Assembly: GCA_050173015.1 (NCBI GenBank)
Contig: JBFXLE010000001.1
Location: forward strand, 256,001-320,000
Length of the DNA stretch: 64,000 bases
DNA from: Calditrichaceae bacterium
GTDB lineage: Bacteria > Calditrichota > Calditrichia > Calditrichales > JBFXGD01
Direction: 5' to 3'
Shown here: piece by piece, positions 51,558 to 61,059 of the stretch
Layout of the letters: every line of letters begins with the position of its first letter
Numbering within the stretch: the stretch's first letter is position 1
Made by a program: the position numbers and the translations under genes
The notes under the pieces: generated by a model
What the model was told of the DNA's origin: nothing
The model's database searches: none
What the model saw: the letters and a program-made list of their open reading frames with translations, nothing else

Positions 51558-53459
51558 TTATTCATTCAAAAGCGATTCAACCTGATCCAGCAACGCATCC
51601 ATCAATTTTATGGTTCTTACCACCGGATCGGCGGTGCTCATATCCACACCGGCTTTTTTAAGTGTTTCCATCGGGTACTCACTGCGGCCGCTGCTAAGAA
51701 AATTAATAAACCGGTCGCGCGCGGTATCGCCTTCTTCCATAATTTTGGACACAAGCGCTGAGGAGGCTACGAAACTGGTGCTGTACTGAAATACATAGTA
51801 GTTATAATAGAAATGCGGAATTCTGCTCCACAAGGCCTTATTCTCCTGATCCATGACAAAATCGGGACCATAATATTTCTGATAAATTTCACCAAATAAA
51901 TCATCCAGCTTATCCGCCGTCAGGGCCTCTCCGTTTTCAACCATTTCATGGCTGCGCAATTCAAATTCCGCGAATACGGCCTGGCGGAAAAATGTTCTGC
52001 TGAATTTATCGAGATATGAATTTAACAAAGCTAATTTTTCTTCCTTCGTCGGAGCGTTATCGATCAGGTATTGCTGCAAAAGCGCTTCATTTGCCGTAGA
52101 AGCCACTTCCGCGAGAAAGATCGGATAGTCACCGTAAACATAAGGCTGATTATTGATGGTGTAATAGGTATGAAGCGCGTGTCCCATTTCGTGCGCCAGT
52201 GTAAACACATCGTAAAGTGTGCCATTATAGTTCATCAACACATAGGGATGGACGCCATAGGTACCGGATGAATATGCCCCAGAACGTTTTCCCTTGTTCT
52301 CATAAACATCGACCCAGCCTTCATTAAATCCTTTTTCCAGGCTGGCGATATAATTACTTCCCATCGGCTGCAATCCGTCAATAACCAGTTTAATCGCCTG
52401 ATCCCATGTATATTCGCTGGTGGCGCTTTCAAATAGCGGGGCTCTAAGATCATAATCATGCACACCGTCTTCCAGTTTTAATATTTTTTTACGAAGCGCG
52501 ACATAACGATGCAGCGGCTCGAGATTTTCATTAAGAGTCTTGATCAGTGTATGATAAACTTCAACCGGGACGGCGTTTCGGTCAAGCGCGGCTTCGACGG
52601 TTGATTTGTAATTGCGTGCGCGGGCGTTAAAAATATGACTTTTTACCGTGGATGAATAACTGGCGGCAAGCATATTGCGATGCTGAATATAAGGAACATA
52701 TAGGCCTTTGTATGAATCCTCGCGGAGACGGCGGTCGGATGTCTGCTGATATTTTCCGTATAATCCGTTGGTCAGCTGAATATCGTTGTTGTTTTCATCT
52801 TTAATCACGGGAAATACGATATCCGCGTTATTCCAGACTGAGAAAATTTCCCCGGCGGCGCCTCTGACTTCACCGGAAAGCGCCATCAACCGTTCTTCCT
52901 TTTCAGACAAAGTATGAGCTCTGGTCCGGGTCATATCTTCGATATAATGTTTGTAGAGGGTAAGCCCTTTTTCATTCTTGAAGAATTCATTTAATTTTTT
53001 TTCAGGAATTGCCAGCAGCTCCGGTTCAAAAAAGGAAACGGTTTCGCTGTATTCAACATAAAGACCTCTGATTCTGTCATAAAGTTCCTGATATTTGGCA
53101 ACCGATTTATCCTGGTCGTTTTTCATGTGGGCATAGGCGTAAAGTTTTCCGATGGAAACTTCCAGTGTGTGCATTTTGCTGATAAATTCAACCAACGTCT
53201 TTCCGGAAACGCCAAGCTTTCCTTTGTACGCCCCTAATTCCGGAGCGGCTTCTTTTACACGGATGAACTCATTTTCCCAATCCTGGTCGCTTGAAAATAT
53301 ATCTTCTAATTTCCATTTAAATTCATCAGAGATTTCGGATCTGGTTTTTTGTTTGGTCTCCATTGGCTCCTTTCCGATGGTTTGTTGGTGTAGAATGAAT
53401 ATTGTAAAAAGTAAGAATAAAATGATTTTGAAACGATAATGAGCGTCTTTCAGTTTCAT
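51558..53459 (-). CDS. pepF: Oligoendopeptidase F (M3B), second paralog, hydrophobic leader
   Basis: GKRSGAYS, HPYVLMNY, TLAHEMGHALH, FLAEVAST and RIPHFYYNYYVFQYS motifs. Confidence 0.94.
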   Translation of the reverse strand: MKLKDAHYRFKIILFLLFTIFILHQQTIGKEPMETKQKTRSEISDEFKWKLEDIFSSDQDWENEFIRVKEAAPELGAYKGKLGVSGKTLVEFISKMHTLEVSIGKLYAYAHMKNDQDKSVAKYQELYDRIRGLYVEYSETVSFFEPELLAIPEKKLNEFFKNEKGLTLYKHYIEDMTRTRAHTLSEKEERLMALSGEVRGAAGEIFSVWNNADIVFPVIKDENNNDIQLTNGLYGKYQQTSDRRLREDSYKGLYVPYIQHRNMLAASYSSTVKSHIFNARARNYKSTVEAALDRNAVPVEVYHTLIKTLNENLEPLHRYVALRKKILKLEDGVHDYDLRAPLFESATSEYTWDQAIKLVIDGLQPMGSNYIASLEKGFNEGWVDVYENKGKRSGAYSSGTYGVHPYVLMNYNGTLYDVFTLAHEMGHALHTYYTINNQPYVYGDYPIFLAEVASTANEALLQQYLIDNAPTKEEKLALLNSYLDKFSRTFFRQAVFAEFELRSHEMVENGEALTADKLDDLFGEIYQKYYGPDFVMDQENKALWSRIPHFYYNYYVFQYSTSFVASSALVSKIMEEGDTARDRFINFLSSGRSEYPMETLKKAGVDMSTADPVVRTIKLMDALLDQVESLLNE

Positions 53460-53685
53460 TGTGCCTCCTAAGGATTTAATTTCAATGGAAGATAAAGAAG
53501 ATACGAAAGAGCGTACGAAAAAAATAGAAAATTGTTATTTTTTATCTCGCTTTTTGTATCATTCTTATTATAAAAAAGATAGTGCAAATAATTTATATTC
53601 CAATATAATTTTTAGTCAGGCAGTGATTTGTAAATAATTCCCAATAAGGATATATTACCGCCATACATAAATCAGTGAATTCAAC

Positions 53686-54633
53686 ATGAACAATAAAAAA
53701 TATCTTTCAGAACAGATAAAAATCATTTCACGGCAGCTTGGCTTTCATAAAACCGGTATTGCTCAGGCCAAAATTCTCCCTAATTCAGCTCATCTCATGG
53801 ATTGGATTTCCGAAGGGCGGCATGGCAGTATGAACTGGATGGAAAACTATCTTGAGAAACGCCTGGATGTCACCGCGCTTTATCCGGAAGCCAGATCTGT
53901 GATTTCTGTTGCACATAACTATTTTACCCCTCATAAACATTCCCGCGATAAATCCGCGGGTAAAATCAGCCGCTACGCCTGGGGAAAAGATTACCATAAG
54001 ATTATCAAGAAAAAATTAAAAGAACTTCTGCGGGAAATAAAAAAACTGGACGATTCAATCGATGGACGCTTGTTTGTCGATACCGCGCCGATTCAGGATA
54101 AACTATGGGCGGAAGCCGCCGGAATCGGCTGGCAGGGAAAAAACACCAATATTTTGACCCGGGAAATGGGGTCATGGATTTTTTTGGGTGAGCTGGTCAT
54201 CGACAAGGAATTGGAATATGACCGCCCTGTCGCCGATCATTGCGGAAGCTGTACAGCCTGCCTCGACGCCTGCCCGACAGAGGCGCTCGAGCCATACAAA
54301 ATAGACGCGCGGAAATGTATATCCTATCTTACAATTGAGCATTGGGATAAACCGATTCCCGGTGAATTCGCGGGTAAACTGGAGAACTGGATATTCGGCT
54401 GCGATATCTGCCAGGATGTTTGTCCCTGGAATTCATTTGCTGAAGAAACGGAAGAGGAAGGATATCAACCGGGTGAAGGCAATATTCAGCCGACGTTAAA
54501 GGAAATGGGTCTTTTGACGGAAGATGATTTTAAGAGAAGATTTAAAAAATCTCCGGTAAGCAGGGCAAAACACAATAATTTTTTAAGAAATGTGCGTACG
54601 GTAATGAAAAATTCATCCGGTGAAAGCAGATGA
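53686..54633 (+). CDS. queG: Epoxyqueuosine reductase
   Basis: ISRYAWGKDYH, VDTAP, GWQGKN, CGSCTACLDACPT, CISYLTIE and GCDICQDVCPWN motifs. Confidence 0.96.
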   Translation: MNNKKYLSEQIKIISRQLGFHKTGIAQAKILPNSAHLMDWISEGRHGSMNWMENYLEKRLDVTALYPEARSVISVAHNYFTPHKHSRDKSAGKISRYAWGKDYHKIIKKKLKELLREIKKLDDSIDGRLFVDTAPIQDKLWAEAAGIGWQGKNTNILTREMGSWIFLGELVIDKELEYDRPVADHCGSCTACLDACPTEALEPYKIDARKCISYLTIEHWDKPIPGEFAGKLENWIFGCDICQDVCPWNSFAEETEEEGYQPGEGNIQPTLKEMGLLTEDDFKRRFKKSPVSRAKHNNFLRNVRTVMKNSSGESR

Positions 54634-54645
54634 TCACCGGATGAA
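54612..54645. terminator. 12-bp perfect hairpin between convergent queG and iorB
   Basis: TTCATCCGGTGA-10 nt-TCACCGGATGAA; no clear T tract. Confidence 0.55.
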
Positions 54646-54659
54646 CCAAATGATTAAAA

Positions 54660-55226
54660 TTACGAATCTCGCCCCGTTCGGAAAGCTTTCAGATTGGTTT
54701 CAACCACTTTTTCACCCTTTCTTTTAAACAAATCTCTTATTTGTGCTTCCATTGTTTCCGTTTTTAAAGGAAGATAATGTGAAGCGGCTCCGGCGATAAC
54801 CATATTTGTGGCTCGTGATGAACCGGCTGCGCGCGCGAGTTCAAGGGTATCCATAATTTTGGCGTTCGGGATGAGACGGATTTGTCCGAGGAGTTCCTTT
54901 AGGTCCGGGTAATCGGAAATATTGAGTTCGGGATTGGATGAGGTAATCAAATGCGCTCCATCAGCCAGATAATGTACATACCGGAGGCTTTCAAGAGGTT
55001 CCATGCTCAGTAAAAGGGAAGCCGTTCCCGTAGGAATCAGATCACTGTGAATGGGTTCATCGGATATTCTCAGATTTGTATATACCGCCCCTCCGCGCTG
55101 TGACATTCCATGCACTTCAGATTGTTTGACAAAGAGTCCTTCTTTCATGGCGCTTGAAGCGATAATGGCGGAAATGGATAACACCCCCTGTCCGCCCACA
55201 CCGGCAAGAATGACGTCGTATTTCAT
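54660..55226 (-). CDS. iorB: Indolepyruvate:ferredoxin oxidoreductase beta subunit
   Basis: AGVGGQG, SEVHGMSQRGG, EPLESLR and NLKAF motifs. Confidence 0.95.
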   Translation of the reverse strand: MKYDVILAGVGGQGVLSISAIIASSAMKEGLFVKQSEVHGMSQRGGAVYTNLRISDEPIHSDLIPTGTASLLLSMEPLESLRYVHYLADGAHLITSSNPELNISDYPDLKELLGQIRLIPNAKIMDTLELARAAGSSRATNMVIAGAASHYLPLKTETMEAQIRDLFKRKGEKVVETNLKAFRTGRDS

Positions 55227-56830
55227 ACGGTTACCTCCGTTTTCCTTTTTTTCTTGGCCGTTTCAATACATTCTCTGACCGCGATGATGACAGATACCCC
55301 TTTGTGTTCAATCTCTTTGCGGATAAGCCCGGTGTTTTCTTCGGTAAAGCGGCGGTGAGCGTTGACAATATGCAGATGAGATTTGTCCAGTCCAAGACCA
55401 AGGACGACATCCTTTAGGCGTGAAGACGGAAGAATGGTCGGCTGGCCGCCGGTCATGCCGGTGGTTTCATTGTCAAGTATGATTAGTGTCATATTGGCCT
55501 TTGTAGCGATGGCGTCGATGAGCGGAGTGACACCGGAGTGCAGAAAGGTACTGTCGCCGATAACCGCCACTACAGGATGGAATCCGGCGTCCGATGCTCC
55601 TTTCGCCATGCCGATGGACGCGCCCATATTTACTGTGGATTCAATAGCGGAATAAGGAGGCAGCGCTCCGAGGGTATAACAACCGATGTCGGATGTGACC
55701 ATGGAATTGGGGGATCCCTTAATCGCGGCCTTTATGGCATCAAAACTATCCGCGTGAGGGCAGCCCGCGCATAATTGCGGCGGCCGGTTGGCCGGTTTGT
55801 CGCCAGGGACGGAAAGGCCTTTTTTGATGCTTAAACCAAGGACAGGACGGACATTATCAGGCGTCAGTTCGCCCTCAGCCGGGACGTCACCGGATTCTTT
55901 CCCGATAATTTCAACAGCGGTAGGCAGAATGCCGCGGAGGAATCGTTCAAGAAACGGATAACCCTCTTCCAGCACAATGACTTTTTTTACATGACCGGCC
56001 AGAGTCCGGATCTTTTCGTATGGCATGGGATAGGCGCTGACATGCAGGTGGGATGGCTTTTCAGCCAGTTCGCCGGCGTTTTCCAGATAATAATTTTTAG
56101 CGAGACCGGTGGTAATGATACCGGTTTCTTTAAAGTATTCATTGAGGAACAAAGGATTGTGATCCGATTTTTCCGTGTATTCCCGCATATCATTTTGTTT
56201 GTTCAAAAGATCATGCCACTGATTACGGGCGTTGGACGGCAGAAGAATCCATGATGAGGGGTTCGGCGCTTTATCGAGTTTGTTTTCATCTCGGGGATCG
56301 GATAGTTTTACGACCGCACGGCTGTGAGCAAGGCGTGTGACCAGGCGAATCATCACCGGAATCTGAAATTTTTCCGAAAGATCGAACGCTTCGCGGGTCA
56401 TGTCATACGCTTCCTGCTGATTGGCGGGTTCGAGACAAATAATCCGGGCGAAATCCGCGAAATAGCGGCTATCCTGTTCATTCTGCGAGCTGTGCATGCC
56501 CGGGTCATCGGCGACAATCAGCACCAGTCCGCCATGGATGGATACGATCGCTGAGTTCATAAACGGATCGGCCGCTACATTCAGGCCGACGTGTTTCATG
56601 GCCACCAGGCTTCTTTTTCCGGCGAAAGACACACCGAGCGCCGCTTCATAAGCGGTTTTCTCATTGGCGCACCAGTCGGCAATCAGTTTTGTATGCTTTT
56701 TGGAATATTGTCTTAAAAATTCCATAATTTCTGTGGAGGGTGTTCCCGGGTACGCGTATCCTGCAGTCATTCCGGCATGGATCGCGCCCATAGCAACGGC
56801 TTCATCTCCCAGTAAAACCATTTCTGGCAT
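55223..56830 (-). CDS. iorA: Indolepyruvate:ferredoxin oxidoreductase alpha subunit
   Basis: ATG after AAGGAG; YPGTPSTEI, MKHVGLNVAAD, SSQNEQD, CAGCPH, DIGCYTL and GDSTFLHSG...LDNETTGMTG motifs. Confidence 0.95.
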   Translation of the reverse strand: MPEMVLLGDEAVAMGAIHAGMTAGYAYPGTPSTEIMEFLRQYSKKHTKLIADWCANEKTAYEAALGVSFAGKRSLVAMKHVGLNVAADPFMNSAIVSIHGGLVLIVADDPGMHSSQNEQDSRYFADFARIICLEPANQQEAYDMTREAFDLSEKFQIPVMIRLVTRLAHSRAVVKLSDPRDENKLDKAPNPSSWILLPSNARNQWHDLLNKQNDMREYTEKSDHNPLFLNEYFKETGIITTGLAKNYYLENAGELAEKPSHLHVSAYPMPYEKIRTLAGHVKKVIVLEEGYPFLERFLRGILPTAVEIIGKESGDVPAEGELTPDNVRPVLGLSIKKGLSVPGDKPANRPPQLCAGCPHADSFDAIKAAIKGSPNSMVTSDIGCYTLGALPPYSAIESTVNMGASIGMAKGASDAGFHPVVAVIGDSTFLHSGVTPLIDAIATKANMTLIILDNETTGMTGGQPTILPSSRLKDVVLGLGLDKSHLHIVNAHRRFTEENTGLIRKEIEHKGVSVIIAVRECIETAKKKRKTEVTV

Positions 56831-57084
56831 GGCAATCTCCTTATTTAATTGCAAGATAGAAGTTTAATCAACCAATACCCTAAAATCAAACACCCTTTTA
56901 ATTTCTTTTGCTCTAATTTTATAGTTGATTTTGAGAGTTTCCCGGGAACGGATTTCCGCGAATGATATTAGTGTTAATTATACTTTTTTTTGCTTTATGG
57001 TGGCATCAGTATGATTTTAGGGATTATATTGATTTTCTGATTTTGAACCGTAAATACAAATCGTTATACAGATATGGAGGACTC

Positions 57085-59097
57085 ATGCGCAATATTTTTG
57101 TAACAGCAGGTTTAATGCTGATGTTAATGAGCGGCCTGACGGCATCGGATAAAAAGCCGATCACCTTTGAAGATTTTTTTGGGATGCAGCGCCTCGGGAC
57201 GGTCGCCGTCAGTCCGGACGGGAAAATGGCGGCTTACACACTGACGACGCCCAATATCGAAAATAATAATTCTAAGACAGATATTTGGCTGATTGATTTA
57301 AAATCAAATCAAAGCAGTCAATTTACCAATGATGAGAAATCCAGCTCAGGTCCGGTCTGGTCACCGGATGGAAAAATCCTTTATTTCAGCAGAGCGGGTC
57401 AAATCTGGAAAAAATCGGTGAGCGGCGTGGAAGATGTTCAGGTTACCGATTTTCCCATGGGCGCGGGTGGAATGATTCTCAGCAACGATGGAAGTAAAAT
57501 GCTCTTTGCCTCTGACGTTTATCCGGAATGTGAGACCATAGACTGTAATAAGCAAAAAATGGAAGAAGCGGAAAACAGTAAAGTAAAAGCGCGGGTTATC
57601 GACCAGTTGATGTACCGTCACTGGAACCGCTGGCTGGAGGGTAAACGCAGTCATGTTTTCATCGCGGGATCGGACGGTAAAAATATCAGGGATATAACTC
57701 CGGGTGATTACGATACGCCTCCCCTTGATCTTGGCGGAAATCAGGATTATGTATTTTCACCGGATGGAAAAGAAATATGTTTTGTCCGGAATATGGATAA
57801 AATTGTCGCCGCCAGCACGAATAATGATTTGTTTCTTGTCCCCTCCGCCGGAGGAGAAATCGTAAAATTAACGGATAATCCGGCCAATGATAACAATCCG
57901 CAGTATTCACCTGATGGCCGTTATCTTGCTTACAGAGCCATGAGCAGGCCCGGATTTGAAGCTGATAAATACCGCCTGATGCTTTACGACCGAAAAAACA
58001 AAACTACACGCGAACTTCTGAAAGACTTCAATCTCTCGGTCGGGTCGATCATCTGGCATCCCAAAGGGGATAAAATTTATTTTACGGCTGACGAACAGGA
58101 CGCGGTCAGTCTGTACAAAACGGATCTGAAGAACGGGGAGACGGAAGCGGTTTTGAAAGGACATTTTATCACCTCGGTTCAGTTCATTTCGAATGATGAA
58201 GTCCTTTTTAAAAAACAGGCGGCCAATATGCCGTATGAGCTGTTTAAAATGAGTCTGAAGGATAAAAAACCGGTTCAGATCAGCCAAATTAACACGGAAC
58301 GGCTTGCGGGACTGGAACTGCCCGAATATGAGTCGTTCTGGTTTGAAGGCGCGAAAGGGGATAAGGTACAGGGTTTTATCCTGAAACCGCCGTTTTTTGA
58401 TCCGGCCAAAAAATACCCGGCTATTCAGTTGATACACGGCGGGCCGCAGGGCGCGTGGACAGATGATTTTCATTTCCGCTGGAATTATCAGATGTTTGCC
58501 GCTCCGGGTTATGTGGTGTATATGATCAATTTCCACGGCAGCCACGGTTATGGACAGGATTTTACCGACGCGGTGTCAAAAGACTGGGGCGGCGCGCCGT
58601 ATGAAGACCTTGTAAAAGGGACAGAATATGTACTCGCCAATTATTCCTTTATTGATAAAGATCGTCTTGGCGCCGCGGGAGCGTCCTATGGCGGATTTAT
58701 GATTAACTGGATTGCGGGTCATGACAACCCTTTTAAATGTCTCGTATCCCATGACGGTGTGTATGAACAGGTGAGTATGTACGGAGCGACGGAGGAACTT
58801 TGGTTTCCTGAATGGGAATTTAACGGAATGCCCTGGGAAGAAGGATCGTTGTACCGAAAATGGTCACCGGCCTCTCACGCGCAGAATTTTAAAACCCCGG
58901 TGCTTGTCATCCACGGTGAGCATGATTACCGGGTTCCGTACACACAGGGTTTGCAGATGTTTACGGCTTTGCAGAGGCAGGGGGTAAAATCGAAGCTGCT
59001 TTTCTTTCCCGATGAAGATCATTTTGTGCAGAAACCACAGAATGCCCGGCTTTGGTGGAAAACCGTTCATGAATGGTTTGCGGAGTTTTTAAAATAA
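57085..59097 (+). CDS. Secreted S9 peptidase (dipeptidyl-peptidase 5-like)
   Basis: ATG at 57085 after GGAGG; signal peptide; SPDG propeller repeats; IHGGPQG, GASYGG, HDYRVP and DEDHF motifs. Confidence 0.95.
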   Translation: MRNIFVTAGLMLMLMSGLTASDKKPITFEDFFGMQRLGTVAVSPDGKMAAYTLTTPNIENNNSKTDIWLIDLKSNQSSQFTNDEKSSSGPVWSPDGKILYFSRAGQIWKKSVSGVEDVQVTDFPMGAGGMILSNDGSKMLFASDVYPECETIDCNKQKMEEAENSKVKARVIDQLMYRHWNRWLEGKRSHVFIAGSDGKNIRDITPGDYDTPPLDLGGNQDYVFSPDGKEICFVRNMDKIVAASTNNDLFLVPSAGGEIVKLTDNPANDNNPQYSPDGRYLAYRAMSRPGFEADKYRLMLYDRKNKTTRELLKDFNLSVGSIIWHPKGDKIYFTADEQDAVSLYKTDLKNGETEAVLKGHFITSVQFISNDEVLFKKQAANMPYELFKMSLKDKKPVQISQINTERLAGLELPEYESFWFEGAKGDKVQGFILKPPFFDPAKKYPAIQLIHGGPQGAWTDDFHFRWNYQMFAAPGYVVYMINFHGSHGYGQDFTDAVSKDWGGAPYEDLVKGTEYVLANYSFIDKDRLGAAGASYGGFMINWIAGHDNPFKCLVSHDGVYEQVSMYGATEELWFPEWEFNGMPWEEGSLYRKWSPASHAQNFKTPVLVIHGEHDYRVPYTQGLQMFTALQRQGVKSKLLFFPDEDHFVQKPQNARLWWKTVHEWFAEFLK

Positions 59098-59117
59098 ATG
59101 ACGGAAATTGTAACAGC

Positions 59118-59158
59118 ATCATCCGGTGAAATTCAATTTTGCCGGATGATTGTTTTTT
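59118..59158 (+). terminator. Terminator after the S9 peptidase
   Basis: ATCATCCGG...CCGGATGAT-TGTTTTTT. Confidence 0.75.
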
Positions 59159-59213
59159 AATCCGTGCATTAAAATGTAAATAATGGCTTAATCTATTGAA
59201 GATTGAATTTATT

Positions 59214-59711
59214 TTATTTTGACCATGCCCTTAAACGTTTTATACACTCAGAAGTTGGAAGCCGCTTATTTTTAGACATTAATAATGATAGTTTTTGATG
59301 CGCTTGTTTTGTAGTAATTATTTTATTTTGCACAAGTTGATCAAAAATCCATAAAATCCCATGTACGATTAGCTCACGCTGACTTGCAAAATTCCGTAAG
59401 TGCTTATCTCCTGTAAGAATAGCGGATTGTGTTTTTTGAGCTAATAAAAACACAGAACAATCAGCAACTGATAGCGATTTAACCTGACTATTTAAGTAAA
59501 TAATTTCAGCCATTTCTTCTTCACTAGAATTTTTTACAACTAATAATTCTTTTTCAATTATGGGTGTGACTATTTCTATTTGTTCGTCATTAATTTCACT
59601 GAGTACAAAATCAGTGGTATAAAAACTTATTTGCAGTTGAAATAACTCGTTGAACATGTCAATATTCAATAAATCTATTATAATATTCGCATCCTGAATG
59701 GCTAAAAACAT
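59214..59711 (-). CDS. PIN-domain protein (DUF3368-like), putative toxin
   Basis: PIN acidic motifs DANIIID, VLSEI, SVAD and LTGDKHLR, plus VHGILWI. Confidence 0.82.
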   Translation of the reverse strand: MFLAIQDANIIIDLLNIDMFNELFQLQISFYTTDFVLSEINDEQIEIVTPIIEKELLVVKNSSEEEMAEIIYLNSQVKSLSVADCSVFLLAQKTQSAILTGDKHLRNFASQRELIVHGILWIFDQLVQNKIITTKQAHQKLSLLMSKNKRLPTSECIKRLRAWSK

Positions 59712-59715
59712 CCGC

Positions 59716-60765
59716 CTAAATCACCTGAAAATTATTTTGCAGATCTGCTAAACGCAGATTTAAGAGTGATGCAGCTTTGTTTAGAGTTATTATTTCTTCT
59801 GACGCGGCGTGATAAACGAGACTGGTAAATCGACTAGTGGTTTCCAGGCCTCTATATTCTCCTGGTTCCTGTTTTAAATAATTCCACTTAGCCATTGATA
59901 TTCTAAATTGTCTGAAGTGCCGTTCGTTTATTAAATCGAGTGCAAATAATCTTGCCATAATTGCTTGCATAGAAATACCGTAATGTTCTTTTATTGCTTT
60001 TAACTCTTCCATAGAAATACGTTTTCTATTCTTACCCAATTCCCGAATTAATTCATTTTTCGGAAGTAATAGCGCTCCAGCAAAGCTATGACATAATTTT
60101 TCGGTCATTTTATCATTTATTTGAGAAGCAAATTCAAGTGCCAGGTGAGCGAATTCATGTAAAACGGTAAATCGTTTACGGACAATATCTACGTTCTTAT
60201 TTAGAACAATTATCGGAATGTTACCAACCCATGCCGGAAGCCCATCAAATACGCTATTGTCTTCGGTCTCAAATATTTTGATTCCCCGGTTCTCTAATAT
60301 TTCTACGACGTTATGAATGGGATCAGCGCCTAAATCCCAACTCTCCCGTAATTGATCAGCGGCATTTTCAATATCTTGTTGATTTTGAATAATAATATTC
60401 TCAAGTGGATTTTTAAATTCAATATCAGCACTTAACAACAGTTCTATCTCGGTATATCTTTCCAAAAAATCTAGGGTTTTTTCTTTAACAGAATTTTGTG
60501 CCTTACTGCCCATTTTTGCCCGTTTACGAAACTCAATTTTGTTTAATTCAATATTCTTTTCTCTAAAAAAGTAATCAACCTTCAATTCAAGCGCGGATGC
60601 GATCTTAATTAAAATTTCGCTGCCTGGAAACATTAAGCCATGTTCGTATTTATTAAGAGCTTGTTTAGAGACAAAATTATCCATTTTATCAGCTAACGCC
60701 TGTAGAGATAATCCTCTCATAAGACGAGCGCTCTTTAATCTCTGTGAAAATATATTTTTCATCAA
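59716..60765 (-). CDS. XRE HTH + ImmA/IrrE (M78) metallopeptidase, putative antitoxin/regulator
   Basis: RLKSARLMRGLSLQALA...SKQALNKYE HTH; RKRFTVLHEFAH (HExxH), EKLCHSFAGALLLP and YGISMQA motifs. Confidence 0.92.
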   Translation of the reverse strand: MMKNIFSQRLKSARLMRGLSLQALADKMDNFVSKQALNKYEHGLMFPGSEILIKIASALELKVDYFFREKNIELNKIEFRKRAKMGSKAQNSVKEKTLDFLERYTEIELLLSADIEFKNPLENIIIQNQQDIENAADQLRESWDLGADPIHNVVEILENRGIKIFETEDNSVFDGLPAWVGNIPIIVLNKNVDIVRKRFTVLHEFAHLALEFASQINDKMTEKLCHSFAGALLLPKNELIRELGKNRKRISMEELKAIKEHYGISMQAIMARLFALDLINERHFRQFRISMAKWNYLKQEPGEYRGLETTSRFTSLVYHAASEEIITLNKAASLLNLRLADLQNNFQVI

Positions 60766-60777
60766 TTAATCCCCTTC

Positions 60778-60818
60778 TTGTTGACAAATGTATATAAAAT
60801 TGATGTGTTTGTCAACAA
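60778..60818 (-). promoter_or_regulatory. Palindromic operator overlapping a sigma70 promoter
   Basis: TTGTTGACAAA-19 nt-TTTGTCAACAA. The minus strand reads TTGACA-17 nt-TACATT inside it. Confidence 0.75.
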
Positions 60819-61059
60819 CCGGTTTAAAAAATTATTCGTTAAAATATTTGTTATTCTTCATATACTAAAGTAATATTCTAACATGCTGTATACGGATTAT
60901 CTATCCGGAATATTAATTCAGAAAGAAACAATACAGCGAATAATCCGGTTGTCATGTTTTGTTTAGTGGAAGCCCGGATTGTTTGAATGCTAAATCAAGT
61001 TTATTTAATAGATGTCGATCTGTATCCTCAGAAAACAGAAATAAAAACCGGAAGAGTGA

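Noticed and set aside
56962-57084. N-terminal extension of the S9 peptidase (likewise track starts at 640, 16770, 21667, 25225 and 56854)
   Set aside because: Downstream ATGs give family-typical N-termini, mostly with clearer RBSs or less overlap with the upstream gene.
59100-61059. Prophage or integrative element around the XRE/PIN genes
   Set aside because: No integrase, phage genes or flanking direct repeats were seen.
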